Shown here one piece after another: positions 1 to 9,605 of a stretch of 56,282 nt of DNA. The notes beneath the pieces are model-generated. The model saw only the letters and a list, made by a program, of their open reading frames with translations, did not search any database and was not told where the DNA came from. The stretch is from contig JAOUEV010000015.1 in NCBI GenBank assembly GCA_029858565.1, forward strand, positions 1 to 56,282, given 5' to 3'. Origin of the DNA: Nitrospirota bacterium. GTDB taxonomy: Bacteria; Nitrospirota; UBA9217. Numbering within the stretch: the first letter of the stretch is position 1; each line of letters opens with the position of its first letter. The position numbers and the translations under genes are program-made.

Positions 1-1272
1 TCCCGCCGCGACCAGCGCTCCCTTGCCGATCGTGACCGGCGCCACGAGCTGAGCATCGCTCCCCACGAAAACGCCGTCTTCAATGACGGTCTGGTGCTTT
101 TGGTAACCGTCATAATTACAGGTAATGACCCCGGCTCCGATGTTCACATCCCTGCCCACGGTCGCATCACCGATGTAGGATAGATGGTTCGCCTTGCTTC
201 GCTCACCGATCACCGATTTCTTGATCTCCACGAAATTGCCGACCTTCGCGCCCTCGCCGAGGACCGTCCCCGGCCGCAGATGGGCAAAGGGGCCGACCGA
301 CGATTCCCGGCTGACCGTGCTTTGTTCGATAACGCAATGGTCCTTGATCACGACACGGTCGCCCAGCGTGCTGTTGACGATGCGGCTGCCGGGCAGGAGC
401 GTGCACCCCTCGCCGATGACCGTGTTCCCTTCAAGACGCACACCAGCGTAAAGCAGGGTATCTTTGCCGATCACGACGCCATCGCCGATGAATACCGTTT
501 CGGGATCGGTCATGGTCACGCCGCGCAGCATCCAATCCCGGTTCCTCTGATCACGCACAATACGCTCCGCCCGGCACAGATCGAACCGAGAATTGATCCC
601 CATGACCTCATCGGCATCCTGACAGACCACCGCGGTCACTACCCGCCGTTTCTTGCGTGCCAGTCCGATCACGTCGGGCAGATAATACTCTCCCTGGGCG
701 TTCTTGTTGTCAATGCTGTGGAGCGCCGATAGAAGGAAGGTTTTGTCGAAACAGTAGATACCCGTGTTCACTTCACGGATCTTCTTCTGTGCCGAGGAAG
801 CGTCCTTTTCCTCCACAATCTTCATCACGCCCGATTTGCCCCGAACGATCCTTCCATAGCCGGTCGGATCCCCCACCTTCGCGGTGAGAAGCGTGACCGC
901 GGACCGGGCAGTACGGTGCTTTTCGATGACCGCTGCAAGGGTTTCCTTTTTGAGGAGCGGCGTGTCCCCGCACAGGACCAGGATCGGTCCGGTCGCACGC
1001 TCTATCACTTTCGCAGCCTGCCGCACCGCATGCCCCGTTCCCAGCTGCTGTTCCTGTATCACGATCTCCGGCTGATAGTCCTCGATGGACCGGCGGATCT
1101 CATCCGCCTGATACCCGAGCACCGTCGCAATCGTTTCCGGCTGGATTCCGGACACCGTGTCCAGCACATGACGGATCATCGGTTTTCCGGCGAGATCATG
1201 GAGCACCTTCGGCAGGCTGGACCGCATGCGCGTACCCAGTCCCGCAGCCAGAATGACGACGGTCGGCCTCAT
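1..1272 (-). CDS. glmU: Bifunctional UDP-N-acetylglucosamine pyrophosphorylase / glucosamine-1-phosphate acetyltransferase (runs off the window start)
   Basis: Not in the ORF track because no stop lies in the window. Manual translation from ATG at 1272 gives MRPTVVILAAGLGTRMRSSLPKVLH; the end near position 1 has hexapeptide-repeat sequence (HLSYIGDATVG..NIGAGVITCNYDG..KHQTVI). ATGA overlap with the DUF502 stop. Confidence 0.95.
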   Translation of the reverse strand, partial: MRPTVVILAAGLGTRMRSSLPKVLHDLAGKPMIRHVLDTVSGIQPETIATVLGYQADEIRRSIEDYQPEIVIQEQQLGTGHAVRQAAKVIERATGPILVLCGDTPLLKKETLAAVIEKHRTARSAVTLLTAKVGDPTGYGRIVRGKSGVMKIVEEKDASSAQKKIREVNTGIYCFDKTFLLSALHSIDNKNAQGEYYLPDVIGLARKKRRVVTAVVCQDADEVMGINSRFDLCRAERIVRDQRNRDWMLRGVTMTDPETVFIGDGVVIGKDTLLYAGVRLEGNTVIGEGCTLLPGSRIVNSTLGDRVVIKDHCVIEQSTVSRESSVGPFAHLRPGTVLGEGAKVGNFVEIKKSVIGERSKANHLSYIGDATVGRDVNIGAGVITCNYDGYQKHQTVIEDGVFVGSDAQLVAPVTIGKGALVAAG

Positions 1273-1892
1273 GGGGCGCCCCTCTGTACGAGGCGCAAGG
1301 CTTCCCGGTCGCTCAGGGATACAAGCCCGAGGGAAATGATGAACTTCATCCCCTGCTCGACCGTCATGTCAAGATGACGAACCTCCTGAGCGGGCAGGAG
1401 GAGAAGAAAACCGGCCGTGGGATTCGGCGTGGTCGGCACGAAGACCGTTTCATGCGCGCCGTCAAGTCCCATCTGACTTCCGTTCAGTGATCCGGTTACG
1501 AATCCGATGCTCCAGCAGCCCTTCCGGGGATACTCCACAAGTGCGACGCCGCTGAAGTTATGCTTCACCGAAAAGGTCTCCATCACCTGTTTGACCGTAG
1601 AGTATACGCCCCGCACCAGCGGCAGACGGTGCATCAGGCGGTCCCAGGAGCGCAGCAGACGGTTGCCCAGATAGTTTGCCGAGATAACACCTATCAGGAG
1701 AATGAGCAGGAAGAGCGTGATGATGCCGAGGCCGGGGAAATCGTAGACAAAGACCTTTCTGAGCTGCTGCGGGAGAATACTGTCTATCCAGTTGAAGATC
1801 CCCTTCAGCACAAAGATGGTCGCGCTGACCGGGACCACCACAAGCAGGCCGGTGATGAAGTATTTTTGCAGAGAATTCTTCAGATTTTTCAC
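1269..1892 (-). CDS. DUF502 family membrane protein
   Basis: YFITGLLVVVP N-terminus, RLPLVRGVYSTVKQ, LVEYPRKG, VFVPTTPNPTAGFL and GMKFIISLG motifs; GTG start. Confidence 0.9.
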   Translation of the reverse strand: MKNLKNSLQKYFITGLLVVVPVSATIFVLKGIFNWIDSILPQQLRKVFVYDFPGLGIITLFLLILLIGVISANYLGNRLLRSWDRLMHRLPLVRGVYSTVKQVMETFSVKHNFSGVALVEYPRKGCWSIGFVTGSLNGSQMGLDGAHETVFVPTTPNPTAGFLLLLPAQEVRHLDMTVEQGMKFIISLGLVSLSDREALRLVQRGAP

Positions 1893-1898
1893 GCTGTA

Positions 1899-1927
1899 AT
1901 ATTACTGATTTTACCGGGGGGTTGCAA
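1899..1927 (-). promoter_or_regulatory. Putative sigma70 promoter for DUF502-glmU
   Basis: Minus strand TTGCAA-N17-TAATAT, ending 7 nt before the GTG start. Confidence 0.5.
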
Positions 1928-1972
1928 GTTTTTTTTCAAAGAACCCGTGAAAAATCGATGAGATGCGGGCTT

Positions 1973-2428
1973 TCACCAGCTGTTGTAGGGAGTGCCGTCC
2001 GCGGCGACCAGGGGACTCGCGCTGTGAACGTCAAAAACACCGCCGTCCTCGGAATCCAGGTTTACCGTGATCCAGTCCGGTGCGCCGGTAAAGGGGTCCT
2101 TGGGCAGTGCGCGCAGATAGCTTTTGGATTTCTCAGTGCTGTTCACCAGGTCCGCCAGCATCGAAGGATACTTGCCGTGATCAGCGTAGTATTGGTCCAG
2201 CGCTTCACGGATCTGGAACAGGTCCTCTTTGAGCACCGCTTCCCGGGCGCGGACGATCGAGCTTTTGAGACTCGGCTGGGCGATCGCGAGCAGGATCCCC
2301 ATGATGGACAGCACGATCATCAGCTCAAGCAACGTGAAGCCCTTTGAATCTGAAACTCGGAATGGGGCATTTGGTCTTGCCGCTGCAAAGTCCACTGGCC
2401 GTCCGGATCTGTTCATATGTTCGCTCAT
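1973..2428 (-). CDS. Type II secretion pseudopilin (GspG/OxpG-like)
   Basis: Prepilin cleavage/methylation site KG|FTLLELMIVLSI, AREAVLKEDL..IREALDQYYADHGKYP, YLRALPKDPFTG, GTPYNSW. Start placed at ATG 2428, after the upstream gene's stop. Confidence 0.85.
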   Translation of the reverse strand: MSEHMNRSGRPVDFAAARPNAPFRVSDSKGFTLLELMIVLSIMGILLAIAQPSLKSSIVRAREAVLKEDLFQIREALDQYYADHGKYPSMLADLVNSTEKSKSYLRALPKDPFTGAPDWITVNLDSEDGGVFDVHSASPLVAADGTPYNSW

Positions 2429-2453
2429 AGTGAGATCGCCGTTCGCAGACACC

Positions 2454-2969
2454 CTACCAGGCGCTGTATTTTGTGTCGTCCAGCGCGGTCGCATCGCTCT
2501 TCGAATACACGTCATAGACGTTCTCGCCGCCCCACTGGGTCGAATCGGGCTGGTCGCTCGTGGAACGCATTCCCCAGTTGTTCATGTTTTCCGATGACTC
2601 CGTGGGGACCAGAGGATCGCGAGGGATCCTGCGGAGATACTTCCTCGTCTTGTCACCCGTGCCCGTGAGTTTGAGCGGCTCGGTCAACTGCTCAAGGGAT
2701 TCGGGATAATTGTCCTTCGTGCAATTGTCCGAAGCCAGTCGTTTCGCGACACAGTCCCGGTTGAACGCGTCAATGGCATTGCGAAGCGTACGCAAACCGC
2801 TCCGGAGTTCGGCTTCCCGCATGCGCTGCATGGTCATGCGGGACAGTGGCATGACTGCGCCCGCGAGAATACCGACAATGGCGATGACCACAAGAAGCTC
2901 GATCAGGGTCAGCCCCCGGCTGTCACCCCTTCTGCCGGCTCCGGGATGCGGCGGTACGATCGTTCGCAT
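2454..2969 (-). CDS. Type II secretion pseudopilin (GspG/PulG-like)
   Basis: RG|LTLIELLVVIAIVGILA prepilin motif, REAELRSGLRTLRNAID, KYLRRIPRDP, VYDVYSKS. Confidence 0.85.
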   Translation of the reverse strand: MRTIVPPHPGAGRRGDSRGLTLIELLVVIAIVGILAGAVMPLSRMTMQRMREAELRSGLRTLRNAIDAFNRDCVAKRLASDNCTKDNYPESLEQLTEPLKLTGTGDKTRKYLRRIPRDPLVPTESSENMNNWGMRSTSDQPDSTQWGGENVYDVYSKSDATALDDTKYSAW

Positions 2970-5294
2970 TTATTTAATGGTGACCCGGCCGTCCCGGGTG
3001 TCCGCTTTCAGCTGCTCGCGATTGACGTTCGTCAATTTGATCGCCCGGACGCCGATGTCCGCGGCGCCGCCGGACTTGGCCTGGAACACCAGCGTGCCCA
3101 GTATGCCCTCGCCGCTCCTGCCGCCCACGTCACCGATCCTGGTGAGATAGACGTCGACCGTCCCGGCTTTCGCGTTGTTCGAGAACAGGAACGACGTCTG
3201 CTGTCCGTCGCCCTTCAGGAACGGGCCTTCCGTGGCGATCTTCAGGTCGATGATGCGGGGATCATAGCCCACGGTCACGATCGCGCCGTACAGATCCACC
3301 GCCTTCGCCGCAACAATGTCAAGGCGCACTTCCTGCCCGATGGCAGCCTGGGCCTCGGCCGGTCTGAACTCGATGTTCATGGTGCCGGTCCCGGCGGCTT
3401 CCGGCGCTGCCGGCCGGGTTGACGTCGGTGCAGATGACGGGGCACCCTCCCGCCCGGCCATCGAGTCAAGAACTGCCGCTTTGTCCGCGACCTTGTCCGT
3501 TTGCCGGGAACTCTTTGCGGCCGAGGTCACGAACAGCGGACGCACATCGTACGATTCCTCGGTGCCGGACCAGAAGGACTGGATATCCTTGTCCGGAAGT
3601 TCCATGGGCCGCACGATGTTCGGCGTAATGCTCATGAGGATGTCGGTCTTGATCGTGCCATCGTCAGACGAAGAGAACAGCTTGCCGAGGATCGGTATGT
3701 CGCCGAGCAACGGGATCTTGTTCCGCGTCTTGCGCTCCTCGTCCTTGATCAGGCCGCCGATGATCACGGTCTCGCCGTCGCGAAGATTGATCGACGTGTC
3801 GGTGTTCCGCGTGCCGAACTTATACTGCTTCTGATTATTGCCAAAATCCAACGCATCGCCCAGCGTGCTGATCTCCAGGTTCATCTTCATCGTCACCGTA
3901 TTGTTCAGGTGGATATTCGGTTCGATCGTGAGCTTGATACCCACGTCCTTGTACTCGAACGTCGAGGTCGTTGCCTGGACGGCCGTAGACTGAACCGTCG
4001 AGGTCTGGATCGGGATCCGGTCGCCGATATGGAACTTGGCCTGTTTGTTGTTCAGCACACGGACCCGGGGATTCGCCAGCGTTTGCGCGTCCGAATCGGT
4101 CTTGATCAGGTTCAGCACAATACCGGGAAGGCCTAGGATGATATTATCGCGTGACACGTTGGATAATTCGCTCATCTTGAGCTGTCCCTGGGTTAAAGTG
4201 TTGTCCGCGCTTTTCACATTTGCGGTAGCTGACAAACCGTTGGTGAAATTCCAGCCGTACTTCAGGGCATTGGAGCGCGAGATCTCGAGGATCTCGACGT
4301 CCAGAATGACCTCCGCCTCTTTCAGGTCATTGGCCGCGATCACCTTTTCGACAAGCTTGATCTTTTCCGGGGAATCACGCACGGTCAATGCGTTCAGCAC
4401 CTCGTTCACGTACACTTTCTTTGTGTCAAGCATGGACCGGAGCAGGTTCACTATATCCTTTGCCTTCGCGTTGTTGAGGTAGAAAGTTTTCATGACAAGG
4501 TCCTGATACTGGTCCATCTTTTGTTTTGTCTTCGGGATGATGATGATCGTATCCGCGCTGATCTTCTTCATGAACAGTTTGTTGGTGGACAGCAGGAGGT
4601 TCAGCGCGTACTGGAACGAGACGTCCTTCACAAAGACCGTCACCGGCTGGGCCCGGACCTCCTCGTCGAACATGATATTGATGCCTGATAGCTTGGCAAG
4701 CAGCTCGAAAACTTCTTTTATATTGGTGTTCTTGAAATTCAGGGTGATAGGCTTGTCCGATGCGAGCGTCAGCGCCTCATCGGGCTCCACTTCGCTTTTT
4801 CGCTTCTGCAGTTTGTCGAGCGCGTCTACGTATTTCACATTCTCGGGATCGAGCTCCACCGCCCGGTTCAGTTCGTTCGACGCCTCGCTCAGGCGGTTCA
4901 GCTCCATGAAGGTCAGGTAGGCGCGGTAGTGCTCCTCCGCCTGCTTCATGTTCAGCACTGACTTGAGGGCGCTCTGGATCGCCGCGTTGGTCGGGTTCAG
5001 GTACAGGGCCTGCTGGAGCTCCACGATCGCCTGGTCCAGTTTGCGCTCTTTCAGAAAATTCCTGGCCTGCTTGTAATGCTGGTTCGCCGCGGTCTCCTCG
5101 GCGCGCAGCAGAGCCGACCGGTATTCTATGTCCTCGGGACTCCGCTTGTTCGCGTCCCGATATTCCTTGACCGCCAGGTCCCATTCACCTCGCTGCGCGT
5201 ATCGCTCGCCCCGCTGGAACGCCCGGGAACCCGCACACCCGGCAAGCGCTGTTACCACCAGCACCGCCAAGACCGCTATCGAGACCTTTTTCAT
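2970..5294 (-). CDS. Secretin (GspD/PulQ-like) lipoprotein with N-terminal TPRs and C-terminal cohesin-like domain
   Basis: Lipobox LAGC after MKKVSIA (RBS GGAGGG), TPR-like helices, secretin signatures LANPRVRVLNN..GDRIP and GETVIIGGLI..KIPLLGDIPILGKLF, C-terminal beta-rich domain. Confidence 0.9.
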   Translation of the reverse strand: MKKVSIAVLAVLVVTALAGCAGSRAFQRGERYAQRGEWDLAVKEYRDANKRSPEDIEYRSALLRAEETAANQHYKQARNFLKERKLDQAIVELQQALYLNPTNAAIQSALKSVLNMKQAEEHYRAYLTFMELNRLSEASNELNRAVELDPENVKYVDALDKLQKRKSEVEPDEALTLASDKPITLNFKNTNIKEVFELLAKLSGINIMFDEEVRAQPVTVFVKDVSFQYALNLLLSTNKLFMKKISADTIIIIPKTKQKMDQYQDLVMKTFYLNNAKAKDIVNLLRSMLDTKKVYVNEVLNALTVRDSPEKIKLVEKVIAANDLKEAEVILDVEILEISRSNALKYGWNFTNGLSATANVKSADNTLTQGQLKMSELSNVSRDNIILGLPGIVLNLIKTDSDAQTLANPRVRVLNNKQAKFHIGDRIPIQTSTVQSTAVQATTSTFEYKDVGIKLTIEPNIHLNNTVTMKMNLEISTLGDALDFGNNQKQYKFGTRNTDTSINLRDGETVIIGGLIKDEERKTRNKIPLLGDIPILGKLFSSSDDGTIKTDILMSITPNIVRPMELPDKDIQSFWSGTEESYDVRPLFVTSAAKSSRQTDKVADKAAVLDSMAGREGAPSSAPTSTRPAAPEAAGTGTMNIEFRPAEAQAAIGQEVRLDIVAAKAVDLYGAIVTVGYDPRIIDLKIATEGPFLKGDGQQTSFLFSNNAKAGTVDVYLTRIGDVGGRSGEGILGTLVFQAKSGGAADIGVRAIKLTNVNREQLKADTRDGRVTIK

Positions 5295-5413
5295 CCCACC
5301 CTCCCTTGTTTCGCACCGGCCCGAGGACCGGATTCCCTTGTCCATCTTCCGCTGTCTGTTCCGTGGCGACGTCCTGAAGCCTGCTGATAGCAGGCCTCCA
5401 CCTACCCCGGCCG

Positions 5414-6025
5414 TCAACGCCCTTTGCTGTCTCCGCTTCCTGTCAGCTCAACACGGACCTCCACTTTCGTGACCGCGTCCTGGAGCACGACATAATCCCT
5501 GCCCACATCCTTGATGCGGTAGGTCTCGAGAAGATTATCTCCGCTCTTCGCAATGAACAATTCGCCGTCCTTGGACAGGAACAGGGAACTTCCCTTGTCC
5601 GTGACGACTACCCCCAGGAACCTGAATGACAGAAGGTCAATGCGCGCCTTTTCCCGGGCGATCTCCTCGGGCGTCTTTTCCAGCACCGTGGGCGTCACCG
5701 CCGTCTGCACTGTCACGACGGGCTTCGTCACAAGCACCGGTTTCGGACGCCGGTCGTCTCCGGAAGCCCGGGCATGAAACAGGTCCCGCTCCACTCCCGG
5801 ATACTTCTCAACGCTGCGGGCAAGGAACCGTGACAGCGGGTCCCGCGCGAGACCGGCCGGGGACACTCCTTCCCTGACCGGCGCGGAGACCTTCGTGCCC
5901 CGCGGGTAGAGCAGCGGCTGGGTCCGGGGCATCTCAGGCGTCATCAACCGGTAAGCCCACAGGGCCGCCATGACCGTCATCAGGACTGCGAGCAACCGTT
6001 TCTTTCGGTCCTTTTTTACCACCAT
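5414..6025 (-). CDS. T2SS/T4P accessory protein (PilP/PulP-like)
   Basis: Single N-terminal TM helix, RDLF motif, C-terminal FRFLGVV...LFIAKSGD beta domain; lies between the PilO-like gene and the secretin. Confidence 0.6.
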   Translation of the reverse strand: MVVKKDRKKRLLAVLMTVMAALWAYRLMTPEMPRTQPLLYPRGTKVSAPVREGVSPAGLARDPLSRFLARSVEKYPGVERDLFHARASGDDRRPKPVLVTKPVVTVQTAVTPTVLEKTPEEIAREKARIDLLSFRFLGVVVTDKGSSLFLSKDGELFIAKSGDNLLETYRIKDVGRDYVVLQDAVTKVEVRVELTGSGDSKGR

Positions 6026-6067
6026 GATGTGCCTTATTCCGTCCCTGTCCAGTATGCCGTCGATGCG

Positions 6068-6628
6068 CTACTCGCCCTTGATATAGGTCAGAAGCTTCAT
6101 CTCGAGCTTCACCGCGTTCTTGTCGGCCTTCAGATCGAGCCCCTGGACACCGACGAACCGGTCGGTGGTCTCGATATCGTAGATGAAGCGCTTGATATCG
6201 GGATAGGCCCCGGTGACCGGCACCGTGAACGTCAGCAGGGCCACTCCGGCGCGTCCTGCTGTGGGTATGTCCGAGTTGATCGCGCCCACCGTCAGGTTCC
6301 TGCGGCGTGCGGTCTGCACGATCTCCTTGATCAGAAGCGGGACATCCTTCTGCGACGGGATACCCGTCGCGATCCCGGCAATGGCCTTTTTCTGCTTCTG
6401 GAACAGCAGGGCATCGGCGTTCTGCCGTTTGAGCTCTCCCTGCGCTGTCTGCGCCTTTTCGAGCCGTGCGGCAGCCGGACGCACAACGAACGCAAGGAGC
6501 AGAAGGTTCAACGCGAGCACAGCGGCGCACAGGGCCGCAACAGGCCAGAGCTTTCGCCTAGCGCCCGGTCCGAGAAAGCTCCTGATGCCGTCCGCCTGCA
6601 GGAGCGTTGTGATAGATGACCGCCACAT
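6068..6628 (-). CDS. PilO/GspM-like protein
   Basis: TM helix, coiled coil, then ferredoxin-like VTGAYPDIKRFIYDIE motif; synteny. Confidence 0.8.
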   Translation of the reverse strand: MWRSSITTLLQADGIRSFLGPGARRKLWPVAALCAAVLALNLLLLAFVVRPAAARLEKAQTAQGELKRQNADALLFQKQKKAIAGIATGIPSQKDVPLLIKEIVQTARRRNLTVGAINSDIPTAGRAGVALLTFTVPVTGAYPDIKRFIYDIETTDRFVGVQGLDLKADKNAVKLEMKLLTYIKGE

Positions 6629-7133
6629 GAAATTCTATGATCCCCTTGTCCAAGGATTGACGTTTGAGCTGCGGGCTTCGGAAAAAAACCGATTTTTCCA
6701 GTCCGATCATGAGACCGCTCAAGGCCTCGGGAGATCCTGCCTTGCCCTCGAGGTCAACGAGATGGTCCTTTGCATTGAATGACAGTCCGCTCAGAGCGAC
6801 ACCGGAAGGAAAGGCCTGTTCAAGGGCCGACAGGAGCTTTACCCAGGAAAAGTCACGGGCATCAAGAAGAGCGTTCATGGCCCCCAGGTTCTGCGTCAGA
6901 CGTTGCCGCTCTTCCAGCGCAGGCTTGTTCTTCGCCATGGATTCAGCAAGCGCTGCAAGCCCCTTTTCCGCAGCCAGGTACTGCGCGCGGTACGCCCGCG
7001 CCTGCAGGACCAATGCTCCCGCGATGATCGTGAGCACCACGGATATAACCGCAAGCGCGGCGAACGACCTGGCCAGGAGGCGATGGTCCGTGGAGGCAAA
7101 ATCGATGGTGATAGAACGCGGTGCCTCCTTCAT
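6558..7133 (-). CDS. PilN-like protein
   Basis: TM + coiled coil + FSWVKLLSALEQAFPSGVAL...LEGKA...LEKSVFF PilN motif. Confidence 0.8.
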   Translation of the reverse strand: MKEAPRSITIDFASTDHRLLARSFAALAVISVVLTIIAGALVLQARAYRAQYLAAEKGLAALAESMAKNKPALEERQRLTQNLGAMNALLDARDFSWVKLLSALEQAFPSGVALSGLSFNAKDHLVDLEGKAGSPEALSGLMIGLEKSVFFRSPQLKRQSLDKGIIEFHVAVIYHNAPAGGRHQELSRTGR

Positions 7134-8056
7134 GCAATGCCTCCGCCGAAGACCGGGGCCAGGGGACCATCGGCCGCGCCAAGCGACGCAAAAACCGATG
7201 AGGGATCAAGCGCCTCGACCTCGACAGGCGCGGTTCCCCGCAAGGATGCGGAAAGCTCGCCGGTCAGCACCGGGTCCCCGGAAACGTACAAACGGCCGAT
7301 CTGCGACTGCTGCTGCCGGTCCCGATGGGTATAGAAATGGAGCGAATCGTCGATCTCCCGGGTCATGCGGCCCACCAAGGCTCCCGGCTGGCCGGATTTG
7401 ATCTCCCGGAACCGGTAGAAACGCGGCACGTCCCCTTCCATGATGATCGTAGTGTAGGAATCCGGGGAGATCCAGGCAAGTGCATAGTTCCCGCCGCTGT
7501 GGCTGGAAAGGACCGGAGCATAGAAGTTCACCGCGTGAAAGGAGGACAGGCCCAGCGACCAGACATCGTAGCCCAGAGAGAACAGCATCTCCTCCACCTG
7601 GGAGATCAAAGCGCGCTGGGCAACAGAGGCAAGCACAATGGAACCGCGCTCGGGCCGCTCCTGCACCTGATAGCGAAGTACCGTATCGGCAAGATCAAAG
7701 GCCGCGCTCTTTTCAAGCCTCCAGCGGATCAGCTTTTCCCGGTCCCGGGCGTTCGCCGGCAGTTCATCGAACTCCAGGGTCTGCACGCGGAACATTCCGT
7801 CGGGAAGACTGATCGCTATCCTGCGGGTCTTGAAAGCCGCGAACTCCACAAGTCCTTCGCGCAGGGCAATCGCAAGCCCGTCCCTGTCCAGTATGGCCTG
7901 GGGACCAAAGGTTTCCGAAAGCGTCCCTGCAGGGAGTTCCCGGGTCCTTGCCAGCGGTACCGACAACGTTCCTCTGCGGGACGAGACAATTCCAAAGCGA
8001 ATGACCCTTGCGGTTATCTCGATCCCGATGTTCATCGGAGCTAAATTTCTCAGCAT
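7130..8056 (-). CDS. PilM-like actin-fold assembly protein
   Basis: IGIEIT N-terminal strand, AISLPD..FRVQTLEFDELP, REIDDSLHFY, LYVSGD. The track's TTG at 8092 falls in the -35 box; ATG 8056 or 8035 is more likely. Confidence 0.75.
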   Translation of the reverse strand: MLRNLAPMNIGIEITARVIRFGIVSSRRGTLSVPLARTRELPAGTLSETFGPQAILDRDGLAIALREGLVEFAAFKTRRIAISLPDGMFRVQTLEFDELPANARDREKLIRWRLEKSAAFDLADTVLRYQVQERPERGSIVLASVAQRALISQVEEMLFSLGYDVWSLGLSSFHAVNFYAPVLSSHSGGNYALAWISPDSYTTIIMEGDVPRFYRFREIKSGQPGALVGRMTREIDDSLHFYTHRDRQQQSQIGRLYVSGDPVLTGELSASLRGTAPVEVEALDPSSVFASLGAADGPLAPVFGGGIA

Positions 8057-8063
8057 TGTCAGC

Positions 8064-8092
8064 ATATTAGCAATGTTGACACGGGATGTCAA
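8064..8092 (-). promoter_or_regulatory. Putative sigma70 promoter of the T2SS operon with overlapping inverted repeat
   Basis: Minus strand TTGACA-N17-TAATAT with TGn extension; TTGACA-N5-TGTCAA palindrome at 8076-8092. Confidence 0.55.
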
Positions 8093-8186
8093 TTAATTAA
8101 TGTACAAGGTTTATATTGAACTGTACTGAGGAAAAATGCTATAGTGACGACGTTTTCTTCAGCAGAAATGAGGCCTCAGGAACAGA

Positions 8187-9605
8187 ATGATGCAAAAACC
8201 AGTCATAGCCATTGTCGGACGGCCCAATGTGGGAAAGTCCACCCTTTTCAACCGGATCGTCGGCAGGTATCTTGCCATCGTCGAGGACATGCCCGGCGTC
8301 ACCAGGGACCGGAATTACGCTGACTGCCAGTGGGAGGGAAAGCAGTTCCTCTTGGTGGACACCGGTGGATTCGAGCCCGAGACCGTAGATCCAATGTACC
8401 TGAAGATGCGCGAACAGACCACCCTTGCTGTCGAGGAAGCGGATTACATCATTTTTCTCATGGACGGACAGGACGGGCTGCTGCCGGCAGACCTCGAGGT
8501 TGCCCAGCGCCTGCGGGCATCGGGTAAGACCGTGTTCTATGCCGTGAACAAGGTCGATGGTGAACGCCACGAAGAGATGCTCACCGATTTTTTCCGTCTC
8601 GGCGTTGAACGGTTCCATTCTCTTTCCGCGAAACACGGCAGCGGTTTTTCGGACCTTCTGGACGAGGTCGCGGCCCTGCTGCCGGAACCGCCTGCCGAAT
8701 CCGCGGGAACGGCTGCTGAAGGAGCGCCCGAGCGGTCCGTGCCGCGCATCGCGATCATCGGCAGGCCCAACGTGGGAAAATCATCCTTTGTAAATTCCCT
8801 GCTCGGCGAAGACCGCATGATCGTGAGCCCGGTCTCCGGGACCACCCGCGATGCCATAGATAGTTTGTACACCTATTACGGGAAACAATACCTTCTCGTG
8901 GATACCGCGGGCATCAGGAGCCGCGGCAGGATCAGCCAGGGCGTGGAAAAGTACAGCGTCATGCGCGCCATGAAGAGCGTGGGACGGTGCGATGTGGCGC
9001 TCGTGCTGCTCGACGCGTCCGAAGGGATCACGGAGCAGGACGAGCGTATCGTGGGCCTTGCCCATGAAGAGGGCAAGGGCATTATCATCATACTGAACAA
9101 GTGGGACCTGGTCGAGGACAAGGAACAGGCCTACAAGAAGTTCATGGACGACGTGCGATTGCGGCTCAAGTTCGCTGACTATGCGCCGGTTCTGACCATC
9201 TCCGCGGTCACGCGCCAGCGTGTCACCAAGGTCTTTGATGAGATCGACCGTATTGTCGAGAGCCGCAACAGACATATTCCCACCGCCGAGCTGAACCGGC
9301 TGTTCGAACGCATCACGGCCCATCACGAGCCGCCCATCTACCGCGGCAAGCGGGTGAAATACTATTACGTCACCCAGGCAGGGGTCCGGCCGCCGACCTT
9401 CGCTCTTTTCGTGAACTATCCTGCGGGAGTCCACTTCTCCTACACGCGGTACATCGAGAACCACCTGCGCGAAGCTTTCGACTTTTACGGCACCCCGCTC
9501 CGCATCCGTGCCCGGCAGCGCAGGGCGGAGCAAACAGCGGAAGAGCGCACCGAGGGAGCAAAGAAGAAGAAACGCACACCTTCGGGCCGGAAAAAGACCC
9601 GCTGA
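8187..9605 (+). CDS. der: Ribosome biogenesis GTPase Der (EngA)
   Basis: Two GRPNVGKS P-loops, DTGG/DTAG and NKVD/NKWD motifs, C-terminal KH-like domain. Confidence 0.97.
   Translation: MMQKPVIAIVGRPNVGKSTLFNRIVGRYLAIVEDMPGVTRDRNYADCQWEGKQFLLVDTGGFEPETVDPMYLKMREQTTLAVEEADYIIFLMDGQDGLLPADLEVAQRLRASGKTVFYAVNKVDGERHEEMLTDFFRLGVERFHSLSAKHGSGFSDLLDEVAALLPEPPAESAGTAAEGAPERSVPRIAIIGRPNVGKSSFVNSLLGEDRMIVSPVSGTTRDAIDSLYTYYGKQYLLVDTAGIRSRGRISQGVEKYSVMRAMKSVGRCDVALVLLDASEGITEQDERIVGLAHEEGKGIIIILNKWDLVEDKEQAYKKFMDDVRLRLKFADYAPVLTISAVTRQRVTKVFDEIDRIVESRNRHIPTAELNRLFERITAHHEPPIYRGKRVKYYYVTQAGVRPPTFALFVNYPAGVHFSYTRYIENHLREAFDFYGTPLRIRARQRRAEQTAEERTEGAKKKKRTPSGRKKTR

Noticed and set aside
6558-6628. 71-nt PilN/PilO overlap as a programmed frameshift or fusion
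   Set aside because: Both domains are complete; the overlap covers only a low-complexity PilN tail and no slippery site is evident.
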